The position numbers were made by a program, and so were the translations under genes. Below are positions 1 to 10,202 of a DNA stretch of 64,000 bases, piece after piece; positions within the stretch are counted from its first letter, which is position 1; every line of letters starts with the position of its first letter. Where the stretch lies: positions 1-64,000 of the IMG/VR virus record IMGVR_UViG_3300042891_000711; one strand, given 5' to 3'. The notes beneath the pieces were generated by a model. It was given only the letters and a program-made list of their open reading frames with translations, was not told where the DNA came from and did not search any database.

Positions 1-23
1 TACAACAAAAAGGACTGTATACT

Positions 24-263
24 ATGTTAAACACTAACACAATGGAACAAGCAATGGTTAATACACTTTATTCGATGCAAAATGCTTTTGTAAAACGCAA
101 GTTTGACCCAACTAAGAAAGCAGACTTAGCAGTTTACAAACAGTTTATCACAACTGGTTCATGGGGTGATGCTCCTTGTCCATTTGAACTCGAATGGCCT
201 GCGCTGAATATTCCCAGCATGATTGAGCGTAAGATTTCAGAATACACTGTGCGCAATATTTAA
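24..263 (+). CDS. hypothetical phage protein (start may be ATG 42)
   Basis: ORF followed by an intrinsic terminator. Confidence 0.6.
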   Translation: MLNTNTMEQAMVNTLYSMQNAFVKRKFDPTKKADLAVYKQFITTGSWGDAPCPFELEWPALNIPSMIERKISEYTVRNI

Positions 264-281
264 ACCTAGTATTATCTAACC

Positions 282-307
282 AAAGGCTCTTCGGAGCCTT
301 TTATTTT
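282..307 (+). terminator. intrinsic terminator
   Basis: AAAGGCTC-TTCG-GAGCCTTT hairpin plus T-rich tail. Confidence 0.8.
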
Positions 308-310
308 GGC

Positions 311-318
311 TATAAATA
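311..318 (+). promoter_or_regulatory. T4-like late promoter
   Basis: TATAAATA directly after a terminator; same motif at 4463, 17137, 47064, 48195 and on the minus strand at 27898-27905. Confidence 0.7.
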
Positions 319-336
319 TTATATTAGGAATCAATA

Positions 337-615
337 ATGGCATCATACTCACTAACTGCTACTAACACAAGTCAACAGAGCCCTGTACTTAAGAAGGGAG
401 TTATTATACTGTATTCATCGGTATCAATTTATTTTGTAGTAGGTGAAAATCCTGTAGTTGATCCTAACAAGTGCGCACTGCTACGTGCCGGCGAGAGTAG
501 ACAACTGCGTTTTCCCGTTAAGTGTAGTCGTATTGCTGTGCAGGCAGTCAGCACACCTGGAGCAGTAACTATAACTGAGCAAGCTGGCGGAGTAAAAGCT
601 AGCTGTACAGCATAA
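337..615 (+). CDS. hypothetical protein, late-promoter driven
   Basis: ORF with AGGA Shine-Dalgarno. Confidence 0.65.
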   Translation: MASYSLTATNTSQQSPVLKKGVIILYSSVSIYFVVGENPVVDPNKCALLRAGESRQLRFPVKCSRIAVQAVSTPGAVTITEQAGGVKASCTA

Positions 616-645
616 GATTAACTAAATACACTAAAGAGAATAGTT

Positions 646-1605
646 ATGTCAGCAAACGGAATATCAACATTAGCAAGTAAACAGCTTAAACAAGAAGGCA
701 AGCTAGACATTGCCGAAGCCAAACGCCAAGGCAAACTAGTAGCCATTGATGGAACCATTAGCGGGTCTGCGAATTCAAGTCAACCATTTGCACGTACACT
801 TAATGTATTAGATATTAATCTATTACCTACAAAATATTCAGGCAATGTAATTGTTGATAACATCCAAGATGGTAATGTATTAGTAACAGGACGTCCGTGG
901 ACTGATATTGCATGGACATTGCCAGCTGGCATGGACCGCAATGAACCATATAACGGTTCTGGTGGTAGCAATCCTACAGTACCGGGCGCACAATATAAAA
1001 CTGCAGCCGCACGTGGTGTTCCGGCATATTCAGCAAGTGGCATTACCTTTAACGATCTATCAGCGGATGCGCTTACTAGCATTTCAAATGAAGCAGATGG
1101 CTTATATCGTCGCAAATATGTTGGTAAAGTTGTATCAACTTACGGTAATTGGTCCAGCTACGATTCAACATGGTTTGCTGATCCGACACGCGGACCTATA
1201 TCAGAAGCCGTATATGAAGTTGATACCTATGTTAGCTTTGGCTATCGTAGCGACTTGGGCGCAGAAAATGGCTACAGTTTAGAGTGGAAAGGATATCTTA
1301 AAGCACCGGTTACTGGTAACATGCGTTTCTTTGTAGATGTAGATGATGATATTATGGTATGGATTGGAGCAAATGCTTTAGCACCAACTAACTCTAACTA
1401 TCTATTAGCACAAACAGGCGGCACAAGAACAGGCACTAATGGTATTACAGTAGTAGCAGGCAAATACTACCCAGTGCGCATGGCGTTTGTTGAACATGGT
1501 GGTGCAGAACAATTCCAAATCTTTGCTAATAGTTCAGCAGGTGCTACAGTATACAACGGTCAAGACCTAGACTGGGCATACAACACAGCAACCAAAGGCT
1601 ATTAA
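646..1605 (+). CDS. PA14-domain (carbohydrate-binding) protein, probably virion-associated
   Basis: C-terminal PA14 pattern WKGYLKAPVTG..F..DVDD..VWIG...GKYYPVRMAFVEHGG. Confidence 0.7.
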   Translation: MSANGISTLASKQLKQEGKLDIAEAKRQGKLVAIDGTISGSANSSQPFARTLNVLDINLLPTKYSGNVIVDNIQDGNVLVTGRPWTDIAWTLPAGMDRNEPYNGSGGSNPTVPGAQYKTAAARGVPAYSASGITFNDLSADALTSISNEADGLYRRKYVGKVVSTYGNWSSYDSTWFADPTRGPISEAVYEVDTYVSFGYRSDLGAENGYSLEWKGYLKAPVTGNMRFFVDVDDDIMVWIGANALAPTNSNYLLAQTGGTRTGTNGITVVAGKYYPVRMAFVEHGGAEQFQIFANSSAGATVYNGQDLDWAYNTATKGY

Positions 1606-1619
1606 GGTAAATACATATT

Positions 1620-1874
1620 ATGAAGATAGCAGAATTATTCAAACACATGATTGACTTGTTAGATCAAGAAGAACAAGCACAGTCTCAGGAAATTACACCA
1701 GATGAACCCGGTGTTATGGTTCCACCACTACAACAAAAAATTGAAATACTTAAACGTTCACAGGGTATAGACAATGTCTACGATGAAGAACCTGATGAAC
1801 TTGATCATATCAAACGCAACGCTGGTATAGCAGTAATTACCACAGCAGAAGAAGACGAACCTTTTGAAGGATAG
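1620..1874 (+). CDS. acidic hypothetical protein
   Basis: ORF starts 6 nt after a TAAATA motif. Confidence 0.65.
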   Translation: MKIAELFKHMIDLLDQEEQAQSQEITPDEPGVMVPPLQQKIEILKRSQGIDNVYDEEPDELDHIKRNAGIAVITTAEEDEPFEG

Positions 1875-1888
1875 GATAGGTAATACCT

Positions 1889-2788
1889 ATGTCTATCCAG
1901 TCTGATATAAACAATACCACAAGAACACTTTGGACCAGTAAGACTCCTTACAATGCTAACGTATGGGTAGGTGAAATTGGTCAAATATTCTATAACCCTA
2001 CCTTAGGTTGCTTGAGATTAAGTGACGGAGTTACTGCGGGTGGCCTACCATTATGCGACGGAGCAAACGGCAATGTAGGAGCCACTGGAGCAAATGGTGT
2101 TAGCATTTCAAATGCCACAGTAATTGGTGGCAATTTATTAATCACATTTAGTAACAGTTCTGCTATCTGGGCAGGCAATGTTGTTGGACCACAAGGCATT
2201 CAGGGGAATGTTGGACCACAAGGCATTCAGGGGAATGTTGGACCACAAGGCATTCAGGGGAATGTTGGACCACAAGGCATTCAGGGGAATGTTGGACCAG
2301 CAGGTAATACTTTTATAGGTGGTGACTACGGTTCTTTTTATGATATCACTACACAAACAATATCTAATATTGCCCTAGCGTATAAAGTGCCAATTGGTAA
2401 TACTTCGATCAGCTCCGGAGTTTCTATATCCAATAGCAACATTGTAGTTACTACTAGTGGAGTATACGACATACAATACAGCATACAATTCACTAACACA
2501 GACAATGCTAATCATGATATAGATGTTTGGGTTAGGATTAACAATATAAACTTACCAGACAGCAATAGTAGATTTACTATACACAGTCGAAATAGTAATC
2601 CTGGTGGCGCCGTGGGCAAATTGATAGCAGTCACTCCTATAGTTACTAGCCTTAATGCCAGTGACACTGTACAAATAATGTGGGCCACTGATGATATTGG
2701 TATTGCTATTACCACGTTTGCTGAACAGACTAGCCCAATCAGACCAAAGACACCCGGGGTTATCGTTTATGTTAATCAAATTGCGTAA
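1889..2788 (+). CDS. collagen-like fibre protein with C-terminal BclA/C1q-like beta domain
   Basis: (GPQGIQGNV)n Gly-X-Y repeats; N-terminal GEIG...LRLSDGVTAGG phage fibre motif; C-terminal SGVYDIQYSIQ. Confidence 0.75.
   Translation: MSIQSDINNTTRTLWTSKTPYNANVWVGEIGQIFYNPTLGCLRLSDGVTAGGLPLCDGANGNVGATGANGVSISNATVIGGNLLITFSNSSAIWAGNVVGPQGIQGNVGPQGIQGNVGPQGIQGNVGPQGIQGNVGPAGNTFIGGDYGSFYDITTQTISNIALAYKVPIGNTSISSGVSISNSNIVVTTSGVYDIQYSIQFTNTDNANHDIDVWVRINNINLPDSNSRFTIHSRNSNPGGAVGKLIAVTPIVTSLNASDTVQIMWATDDIGIAITTFAEQTSPIRPKTPGVIVYVNQIA
2183..2299 (+). repeat. 27-bp perfect tandem repeat, about 4.3 copies (collagen-coding)
   Basis: GTTGGACCACAAGGCATTCAGGGGAAT x4 plus GTTGGACCA. Confidence 0.95.
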
Positions 2789-2852
2789 TTTTTCTTGACT
2801 ATTATAAACTACCATGTTAAACTATCAGTTACAACTCAATAAATAATTAACT

Positions 2853-4454
2853 ATGTTATTTGGATTATTCATCTTAGCGGTGGCTTTAAGCATTTCAGCC
2901 GTGGCCGCATACTATTCCATAGCTGGATTAACAGCTATTTTTGCCGCGGCAGTAGTGCCTATTATCATTATGGGTGCTGTACTCGAAGTAGGTAAAATTG
3001 CCGCTACTGTATGGCTACATAAATTTTGGCATCGTGCTAACATACAGTTTAAACTTTATCTTGTTCCTGCCATTTTAGTGCTGATGCTGATTACCTCAAT
3101 GGGGATCTTCGGATTTTTGAGCAAGGCCCACATGGATCAAAACATTACAGTAGGCGATAGTGCCGCTCAGGTGCAGATCTTAGATGAAAAGATTAAAACA
3201 GAACAGGATAATATCAGCGTAAACAAACGAGCCCTACAACAAATGGACGCACAAGTGGACCAAATGTTGGGTCGTACCACAGACGATCGGGGTGCCAACC
3301 GTGCTGTACAAATACGTAAGAATCAAGCCAAAGAACGTAAATCATTGCAAGCAGACATCTCAGCCGCACAAAAGAATATATCAGCATTACAAGCAGAACG
3401 TGCTCCACTGGCCGCACAGAATCGTAAGATTGAAGCAGAAGTCGGACCTATCCGTTACATAGCCGCACTTATCTACGGTGATAACCCAGATGCAAACTTA
3501 CTAGAACGTGCTGTACGTTGGGTAATTATCCTACTAGTGTTTGTATTTGACCCATTGGCACTTATCCTTATCCTGGCCGCAGAGCAAACTATTATGTGGG
3601 CTAGAGAAGACAAGCGTAAGAAAGAAGATGAATACGAACTAGACGATGGACAGCTAACCGACGAACAATACGAAAAAATTAAGCAAGAAGCCGATGTTGA
3701 CGATTACATTGCAATGCAAAAGTTCTTTGATGATGGCAAAGAACTAGCCAAGTCAATTGATGACAACGATGGTCGTTTACCTAATAATTATGCTAGCACA
3801 CAAGCATATTTGCATACTCCTTGGGTTTGGCCCGAACGTACTTCAGATGAAGGACTAGTACCTAAACAACAACCAGTTGACGAAGATCCTTTAGATATTC
3901 CTATACCAGAAGGTGAAGAAATGTGGGCTCAAGAGGCTATTGATACAGACACTAGTAAACAAGACTTAGACAATGCTATTAGTTTAATTGCAGAAATGCA
4001 GGCTAAGTTAGATGTGCTACAAGCAGAGCATGATGCTAAACACGAAGAATTGGCACAGATTAAATCAGTTGATCCAGTTACCCTAACAGACCATTTGGGC
4101 AATCCAATTGCCACATATTATCCACAACCACAACAGGTTATCGCACCAGATTTAAGTATCAATGCTGAACTTGATGGTAATAGTGTAAGTGCTGGATTTG
4201 GTACAACCTTCCCAAAAGCTCCAGTCAAGGGTGATCTTTATCTAAGAGTTGACTATTTACCTAGTCGATTATACAAATGGAATGATATCAAGTGGATCGA
4301 AGTAGACAAAACTACAACTGATGTATATTCATATGATACAGAGTATATCAAACATCTAACAAATAAAATAGCATCTGGTGAGTATGATGTGGAATTACTT
4401 ACACCAGCAGAGCAAGAACAAATTCAACAGTATATTAAAAATAATCCTCAATAA
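2853..4454 (+). CDS. membrane protein with coiled coil and acidic C-terminus
   Basis: three N-terminal hydrophobic helices, a heptad region and a fourth TM (VIILLVFVFDPLALILILAA). Confidence 0.7.
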   Translation: MLFGLFILAVALSISAVAAYYSIAGLTAIFAAAVVPIIIMGAVLEVGKIAATVWLHKFWHRANIQFKLYLVPAILVLMLITSMGIFGFLSKAHMDQNITVGDSAAQVQILDEKIKTEQDNISVNKRALQQMDAQVDQMLGRTTDDRGANRAVQIRKNQAKERKSLQADISAAQKNISALQAERAPLAAQNRKIEAEVGPIRYIAALIYGDNPDANLLERAVRWVIILLVFVFDPLALILILAAEQTIMWAREDKRKKEDEYELDDGQLTDEQYEKIKQEADVDDYIAMQKFFDDGKELAKSIDDNDGRLPNNYASTQAYLHTPWVWPERTSDEGLVPKQQPVDEDPLDIPIPEGEEMWAQEAIDTDTSKQDLDNAISLIAEMQAKLDVLQAEHDAKHEELAQIKSVDPVTLTDHLGNPIATYYPQPQQVIAPDLSINAELDGNSVSAGFGTTFPKAPVKGDLYLRVDYLPSRLYKWNDIKWIEVDKTTTDVYSYDTEYIKHLTNKIASGEYDVELLTPAEQEQIQQYIKNNPQ

Positions 4455-4496
4455 ACAACGCATATAAATACATTTCAATAAGGAAGATAGCGATCA

Positions 4497-4733
4497 ATGG
4501 CACAACACGATTCAATGGTAAGAGGCAACACAGTCTACGTTAAGAATGACAACGTAGAACAGGCAATGCGCAAGTTCAAAAAGAACATTCAAGACAGCGG
4601 ACTAATATTAGATTTACGTGCTCGTGAATCATATGAAAAGCCTACACTTAAACGCAAACGCAAAGCGGCTGCGGCAAAACAACGCTGGAAAAAGAAATTA
4701 TCCAGTCAAACACTTCCAGCAAAACTTTATTAA
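4497..4733 (+). CDS. rpsU: ribosomal protein bS21 homolog
   Basis: VYVKNDNVEQAMRKFKK...RESYEKPTLKRKRK; late promoter TATAAATA at 4463. Confidence 0.9.
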   Translation: MAQHDSMVRGNTVYVKNDNVEQAMRKFKKNIQDSGLILDLRARESYEKPTLKRKRKAAAAKQRWKKKLSSQTLPAKLY

Positions 4734-4752
4734 GAATTACTTGTCAAACTAC

Positions 4753-4789
4753 TTGACAACTAATGTAGTATAGTGTATTATGATAAATA
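4753..4789 (+). promoter_or_regulatory. tandem sigma70 and late promoters for dnaK-hsp20
   Basis: TTGACA(4753)-17 nt-TATTAT(4776), then TAAATA(4784). Confidence 0.65.
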
Positions 4790-4793
4790 GTTA

Positions 4794-4852
4794 TGTAGAT
4801 GCCTAATTAGGGTCTACAACTACTACTTGCTTTTTATAAGGAGAAAACAATG
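4794..4852 (+). promoter_or_regulatory. ROSE-like RNA thermometer in the dnaK 5' UTR
   Basis: hairpin TGTAGATGCCT-AATT-AGGGTCTACA, then CTTGCTT-TTTAT-AAGGAG, pairing UUGCU with the SD around a bulged G. Confidence 0.7.
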
Positions 4853-6766
4853 AGCAAAAATACAATCATAGGTATTGACCTAGGCACCACTAATTCTTGT
4901 GTGGCCATTCTTGAAAATAACAAATCACGTGTAATTGAAAATAACGAAGGTGCTCGTACTACACCAAGTATCGTTGCCTACGGCGATGAAATTATTGTAG
5001 GTGCTAGTGCTAAACGTCAAGCAGTTACTAATCCAAAAAACACAATCTACGCCAGCAAACGACTTATTGGTCGTAAGTTTGATGAAGACGCTGTACAAAA
5101 AGACATTGACCTAATGCCTTACAAGATCGTTAAAAACGAAAATGGTGATGCATGGGTTGAAGTCAACGGTGACAAACTAGCACCTCCACAAATTTCAGCA
5201 GAAGTTCTGCGCAAAATGAAATTGACAGCAGAAGACTATTTAGGTTACAGTGTAACGCAGGCAGTTATCACAGTCCCTGCGTACTTTAACGACAGTCAAA
5301 GACAAGCTACTAAAGATGCTGGTAAGATTGCCGGCTTGGAAGTACTCCGTATTATTAACGAGCCTACTGCGGCCGCACTGGCATTTGGTTGCGATAAAGG
5401 TGATAAGAAAGACCGTAAGATTGCTGTGTATGACCTAGGTGGTGGTACATTTGATATCAGTATCATTGAAATCAGCGACATCGACGGCGAAAAACAATTT
5501 GAAGTATTATCTACCAATGGTGATACATTCCTAGGCGGTGAAGACTTTGACCAACGTATTATGGAATACTTGGTAGATGAGTTTAAGAAAGAGTCTGGCA
5601 TTGACTTAAAACAAGATATGCTAGCCCTACAACGTCTTAAAGAATCAGCTGAAAAAGCTAAAATTGAATTGTCAAGTTCAACACAGACAGATGTAAACTT
5701 ACCTTACATCACTGCTGATGCAACCGGTCCTAAACACTTGTCAGTTAAACTAACACGTAGTAAGTTTGAAAGTTTAGTTGAAGATTTAATTAAACGTTCG
5801 ATTGACCCATGTAAAATTGCTGTTAAAGACTCTGGTATTAACATCAGTGACATTGACGATGTTATCTTAGTCGGTGGTCAGACACGTATGCCTAAAGTAC
5901 AAGAAGCTGTTGAAGCATTCTTTGGTCGTGCACCACGTAAAGACGTTAACCCAGATGAAGCTGTGGCAGTTGGTGCGGCAATTCAAGGTGCGGTATTGGG
6001 TGGCGATAAGACTGATGTATTGTTACTAGACGTAACTCCACTATCATTGGGTATTGAAACAATGGGTGGTATTATGACCAAGCTGATTAAGAAAAATACA
6101 ACTATCCCAACCAAAGCAAGCCAAACATTCTCCACAGCAGAAGACAATCAACCAGCTGTGACTGTTATGGTAGCACAGGGTGAGCGTGAGTTTGTCAAGG
6201 ACAACAAAGTACTTGGTCAGTTCAATTTAGAAGGTATCGAACCACAACGTCGTGGCCAACCGCAGATTGAAATTACACTTGACATCGATGCTAACGGTAT
6301 TCTTAAAGTAAGTGCTAAAGATAAAGCAACTGGCAAAGAAAACAAGATTACTATCAAAGCTAACTCAGGTCTAACCGAAGAAGAAATTGATGCAATGGTA
6401 CGTGATGCAGAAGTTAATGCTGATGCAGATAAAAAATTGCGTGAATTAGTTGATGCACGTAACCAAGCTGAAGCACAGGTTCACGATGTTAAGAAAACTG
6501 TAGAAGAAGCTGGTGACGCGGTAACTGCTGAACAGCATACTGCAATCAATGATGCAATTACCGCGGTTGAAGAAGCCATCAAGGGTGATGATGTAGAAGC
6601 TATTAAATCAGCAATGGTAAAATTAGCAGAACCAGTAGCACCAATCTATCAAGCTAAACAAGCACAAGAGTCAGCAACAGTTGAGCCTGGTGCACAAACA
6701 GCTTCAGATGCGCAAGATGGTGTTGTTGATGCTGAATTTACAGAAGTTGACAAGGAGAGTAAATAA
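4850..6766 (+). CDS. dnaK: Hsp70 chaperone DnaK
   Basis: [31 protein letters not shown]-terminal VVDAEFTEV. Confidence 0.98.
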   Translation: MSKNTIIGIDLGTTNSCVAILENNKSRVIENNEGARTTPSIVAYGDEIIVGASAKRQAVTNPKNTIYASKRLIGRKFDEDAVQKDIDLMPYKIVKNENGDAWVEVNGDKLAPPQISAEVLRKMKLTAEDYLGYSVTQAVITVPAYFNDSQRQATKDAGKIAGLEVLRIINEPTAAALAFGCDKGDKKDRKIAVYDLGGGTFDISIIEISDIDGEKQFEVLSTNGDTFLGGEDFDQRIMEYLVDEFKKESGIDLKQDMLALQRLKESAEKAKIELSSSTQTDVNLPYITADATGPKHLSVKLTRSKFESLVEDLIKRSIDPCKIAVKDSGINISDIDDVILVGGQTRMPKVQEAVEAFFGRAPRKDVNPDEAVAVGAAIQGAVLGGDKTDVLLLDVTPLSLGIETMGGIMTKLIKKNTTIPTKASQTFSTAEDNQPAVTVMVAQGEREFVKDNKVLGQFNLEGIEPQRRGQPQIEITLDIDANGILKVSAKDKATGKENKITIKANSGLTEEEIDAMVRDAEVNADADKKLRELVDARNQAEAQVHDVKKTVEEAGDAVTAEQHTAINDAITAVEEAIKGDDVEAIKSAMVKLAEPVAPIYQAKQAQESATVEPGAQTASDAQDGVVDAEFTEVDKESK

Positions 6767-7230
6767 TGAAACAAGTTTACACAACCCTTGACATCCCTAG
6801 CATCTATAAGTTTGCTATCGGCTTCGATGAGTTATTTTCACAACTGCAACACTTAGAGCAACGCGGTAAGGATTCGGGCTACCCACCGTTTAATCTAATT
6901 AAACTAAACGAAACTAACTACGCCATTGAATTAGCAGTAGCTGGTTTTGCTGAAGATGAATTAGATGTAGAAATTGAAAACGGTGAATTAGTTATCCGCG
7001 GCACTAACCGTGAAGTCAGCTTAGAAGAAGCTCTTCATGACCTTGAACATAATCCAGTTGAGTATATCCATCGTGGTATTGCGGCTCGTGACTTTGTTAA
7101 ACGCATCAAGTTAGCCGAGGGTGTAGAAGTTAACTCAGCACACGTTAAGAACGGTATCCTAACAGTTAAATTGGAACAATTCACACCTGAACCAGTTAAA
7201 CAAAAGGTTGCAATTTCTTTCGAAAAGTAG
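6766..7230 (+). CDS. small heat shock protein Hsp20/IbpA family
   Basis: IGFD, YPPFNL, ELAVAGF, YIHRGIAARDF, NGILTV. Confidence 0.95.
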   Translation: MKQVYTTLDIPSIYKFAIGFDELFSQLQHLEQRGKDSGYPPFNLIKLNETNYAIELAVAGFAEDELDVEIENGELVIRGTNREVSLEEALHDLEHNPVEYIHRGIAARDFVKRIKLAEGVEVNSAHVKNGILTVKLEQFTPEPVKQKVAISFEK

Positions 7231-7294
7231 TAGTATAGTAATAAGGGTGGAGGAAACTCCACCCATCCTCAACAAAAATACAAAGAGAGAAGAT

Positions 7295-7600
7295 ATGGCC
7301 AAGGCAATTGCAAAAGTTAAAACAACACCAAACTTATCAGTCAAAGAACCCAGTATGTACAAGGTCATTTATATCAATGATAATGTAACAACTATGGAAT
7401 TTGTTATTGAAAGTCTGCGTGTGGTATTTGATATTGCCGTTGACACTGCAATTGAAATTACACAAACTATTCACGAAGAAGGCAGTGCAACAGTTATTGT
7501 GTTACCTTATGAAATGGCAGAACAAAAAGGTGTTGAAGCAACACAACTTGCTAGAGCAAATGGCTTTCCACTTGTAATTAAACTTGAACCTGCTGCATGA
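7295..7600 (+). CDS. clpS: N-degron adaptor ClpS
   Basis: PSMYKVIYINDNVTTMEFVI...IHEEG...AEQK...FPL; start moved to ATG 7295. Confidence 0.9.
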   Translation: MAKAIAKVKTTPNLSVKEPSMYKVIYINDNVTTMEFVIESLRVVFDIAVDTAIEITQTIHEEGSATVIVLPYEMAEQKGVEATQLARANGFPLVIKLEPAA

Positions 7601-8214
7601 GAAACTTGTTAGTAATAGGTGATAGTTTTTGTGATCACAGATATATAGATACAGACTGGCCTGTGTATTTGTCGAACCTATTAAATTTAAATTTAATTGG
7701 TGCCGGTTTACCTGGCGAATCTTGGTGGTTCATAAGAGAACATTTTATGAAAATTTATACATCGGATGAATTTAAAAAAACTGATCTTATTGTATATTGT
7801 CACACTGACCCAAATAGGATTATTGGTACTGATGGTACCTTACGCATAGGAGATGACGATCCGGATGTTATTAAACTTTATTTGACAAAATTACAAAATC
7901 TTAAATTCAATGATTGGTGTTGTCGACAATGGTTCAAAGAATTAAATAATCTATTAGCGGACAAAAAAGTAATACATGTTCAAAATTTTCCTTTAACTTC
8001 TAAATATTTTAATAAGTTAAACGGAGTTAAAGTTGATAGAACGACATTGTACGATTTAAGTTTAAGAGAACTTACCGATTGTAACAAATTCATATATGAT
8101 ACTAGAAACAACCATTTCAGCACAGAAAATAATTTAAAAATTGCAAACATGTTATTTGAAATAGTTAATACAACCACTAATTGGCAGAATGAAACTCGGG
8201 AATTACAATTTTGA
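7597..8214 (+). CDS. SGNH/GDSL-like hydrolase or acyltransferase
   Basis: N-terminal LLVIGDSF and C-terminal D..NHF; AT-rich. Confidence 0.55.
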   Translation: MRNLLVIGDSFCDHRYIDTDWPVYLSNLLNLNLIGAGLPGESWWFIREHFMKIYTSDEFKKTDLIVYCHTDPNRIIGTDGTLRIGDDDPDVIKLYLTKLQNLKFNDWCCRQWFKELNNLLADKKVIHVQNFPLTSKYFNKLNGVKVDRTTLYDLSLRELTDCNKFIYDTRNNHFSTENNLKIANMLFEIVNTTTNWQNETRELQF

Positions 8215-8696
8215 TTTTTAATAAAATTAAAGAACTCAAGCAAGAAGGTAAGAAAATTGGTATAACTTTTAGTACGTTTGACATGCTACATGCTGGCCAT
8301 ATAGCTATGTTAAGCGAAGCTAAAAATCATTGTGATTACCTAATTTGTGGTCTACAAACAGATCCAACTATTGATCGTCCCGATACTAAGAATAAACCTA
8401 TTCAAAGTATTGTTGAACGTCAGATCCAGCTAGCCGCTTGTCGCTATGTAGATGAAGTAGTTATCTACCAAACAGAACAAGACCTAATTGACCTGTTGCT
8501 AATCTTACCATTGGATGTGCGTGTCTTAGGTGTTGAATATGAACACGAAGAGTTTACAGGGCGAGAGGAATGTATGATGCGTAACATTGAATTGGTATTT
8601 AATGGACGTGACCATAGTTTCTCTAGTTCAAGTTTGCGTAAGCGTGTAGCACATGCTGAAACAATTAAACTATTAAAGGATGAGCATAATGGGTAA
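8211..8696 (+). CDS. cytidylyltransferase (TagD-like)
   Basis: TFDMLHAGH (HXGH) motif, YVDEV, RDHSFSSSSLRKR; TTG start. Confidence 0.9.
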   Translation: MIFNKIKELKQEGKKIGITFSTFDMLHAGHIAMLSEAKNHCDYLICGLQTDPTIDRPDTKNKPIQSIVERQIQLAACRYVDEVVIYQTEQDLIDLLLILPLDVRVLGVEYEHEEFTGREECMMRNIELVFNGRDHSFSSSSLRKRVAHAETIKLLKDEHNG

Positions 8697-8868
8697 TATT
8701 AAAATTGGTTTATTAATGATCATTGCATGGCTTGCATTAGTGTGGGCAGTGTATGGTTCAAGTGTAGAACACATCACTATGAAATATGATTGTGCTATTG
8801 CAGAAATTAGCCCAGATGTTCCGCAAACTGTTAAAGAACAATGTAGAAAGTTGATGCAGAAGAGATAA
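8680..8868 (+). CDS. small membrane protein (start may be ATG 8689)
   Basis: one TM helix, then YDC..AEISPD.P..VKEQCR. Confidence 0.6.
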   Translation: MSIMGNIKIGLLMIIAWLALVWAVYGSSVEHITMKYDCAIAEISPDVPQTVKEQCRKLMQKR

Positions 8869-8869
8869 C

Positions 8870-9577
8870 TTACTTAGTTCTAGGTCCTAATCCGGGTATC
8901 CAACCTAAACTAATATACTCGTTAAATAACTCAGGTGATATGTATTTTCTATCACATGTTTCCTTGTTATGTACCCAGCGTTTGCCAATAAGTGATTGTT
9001 TAATCTTTTCCGCTTTTTCGTCTGAGCAAGGTGGGCGAACATTCCACCCAGGAGTTCCTGCTCGTAGTTTGCGAGTAACAGATATTTTAGATACTTCTTC
9101 ATCTGTTCGAGCAATACCTTTATTCCAACTTGATTGCCCTTGCCTTGATAATGATAACTTTTCTCTCCATTCGAGAGTAAAATCTTCTGATGTGCGTCCT
9201 GTTTTTCTACCGTAGTTAGGATTGAGCGGACCTGTTAAAGTTTTAAGATATTCTGCTCGTTGTGATTTAAGTTTTTCGTATATAGTAGATGTCATTTTGT
9301 AGTCGTGTTTGCTGTTCTTACCTTTACAGCACATACGCCAAGCCGCGTGAAACATTTTAATTTGTGCCTGGCCTGTAGTCATTTTTGGTAGTAATAAATG
9401 ACAAACAAAGTGTTCTCGTGCTGTTAGGCTTACTAAGTTATCTTTAGAATTATTGCCACCTAAACTTTTTGGTATAATATGATGGCGTTCTATATATGTT
9501 TCTGGTGATAAAGTTCTTGACTTTGCGTTAGATACTATGTTAAAATAATACTTAGAATATTTATTTTGTAAATACAT
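8870..9577 (-). mobile_element. free-standing HNH homing endonuclease with NUMOD-type C-terminal repeats
   Basis: ERHHIIPKSLGGNNSKDNLVSLTAREHFVCHLLL; NPNYG/WNKG/EKIKQS DNA-binding repeats; antisense to neighbours; start ATG 9577 with AAGGAG SD. Confidence 0.85.
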
Positions 9578-9647
9578 TTGCTGTAACTCCTTTTCAGTTA
9601 TAGAGTAGTTGGATATCCCCATATCGCGAACTACATTATTATTTATC
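9578..9647 (-). promoter_or_regulatory. late promoter plus two-hairpin structured leader of the HNH gene
   Basis: minus strand: TAAATA, GTAGTT-CGC-GATAT-GGGG-ATATC-C-AACTAC, then TAACT-GAAAAGG-AGTTA covering the SD. Confidence 0.6.
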
Positions 9648-9662
9648 TCATAAAGGAATAAA

Positions 9663-10202
9663 ATGAGTTTTTCGGTTATGCTTGATTTAGAAACACTAAG
9701 TACCCGCCCAGAAGCAACTATCTTAACATTTGGCGCTATTAAGTTTAGCCCATACAATCAAGAGCCTATGACAGATGGTATCTACTATCGTATTAATGTT
9801 GATGAACAAATTGAGTTAGGTAGCCATGTAGACGAAAACACTGTAGCATGGTGGGGCACCCAAGCAGAAGATGTGCGTGAAGAAGCACTTAGTCCTGAGA
9901 ACCGTATTAGCCTAGAAGAGTTCACACAAAACTTAAATCGTTTCCTAGTAGGTGCTGACAATATTTGGGCACAAGGTCCGGTGTTTGATATTGTTATTTT
10001 AGAAAACTTATACAGACGATTGGGCAAACCTTGTCCATGGCAGTTCTGGCAGATCCGTGATAGTCGTACTTTGTTAAGTAGTCTAGGTGACCCACGTGAA
10101 AAGAACAAAGCAGGCCTGCATAATGCATTAGAAGATGCAGTCAGTCAAGCGCAGGCAGTCCAGTACGTGTTTAAACAAGCCGGAATTACGGAGAAACGAT
10201 AG
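9663..10202 (+). CDS. DEDDh 3'-5' exonuclease (DexA/Rv2179c-like)
   Basis: MLDLETL, WAQGPVFD, RDSRT, HNALEDA. Confidence 0.9.
   Translation: MSFSVMLDLETLSTRPEATILTFGAIKFSPYNQEPMTDGIYYRINVDEQIELGSHVDENTVAWWGTQAEDVREEALSPENRISLEEFTQNLNRFLVGADNIWAQGPVFDIVILENLYRRLGKPCPWQFWQIRDSRTLLSSLGDPREKNKAGLHNALEDAVSQAQAVQYVFKQAGITEKR

Noticed and set aside
2183-2299. 27-bp repeats as a CRISPR array
   Set aside because: The repeats are contiguous with no spacers and are in frame as collagen Gly-X-Y.
9578-9757. N-terminal extension of the HNH ORF given in the ORF track
   Set aside because: It overlaps the opposite-strand exonuclease; ATG 9577 has an SD and promoter and gives a typical N-terminus.
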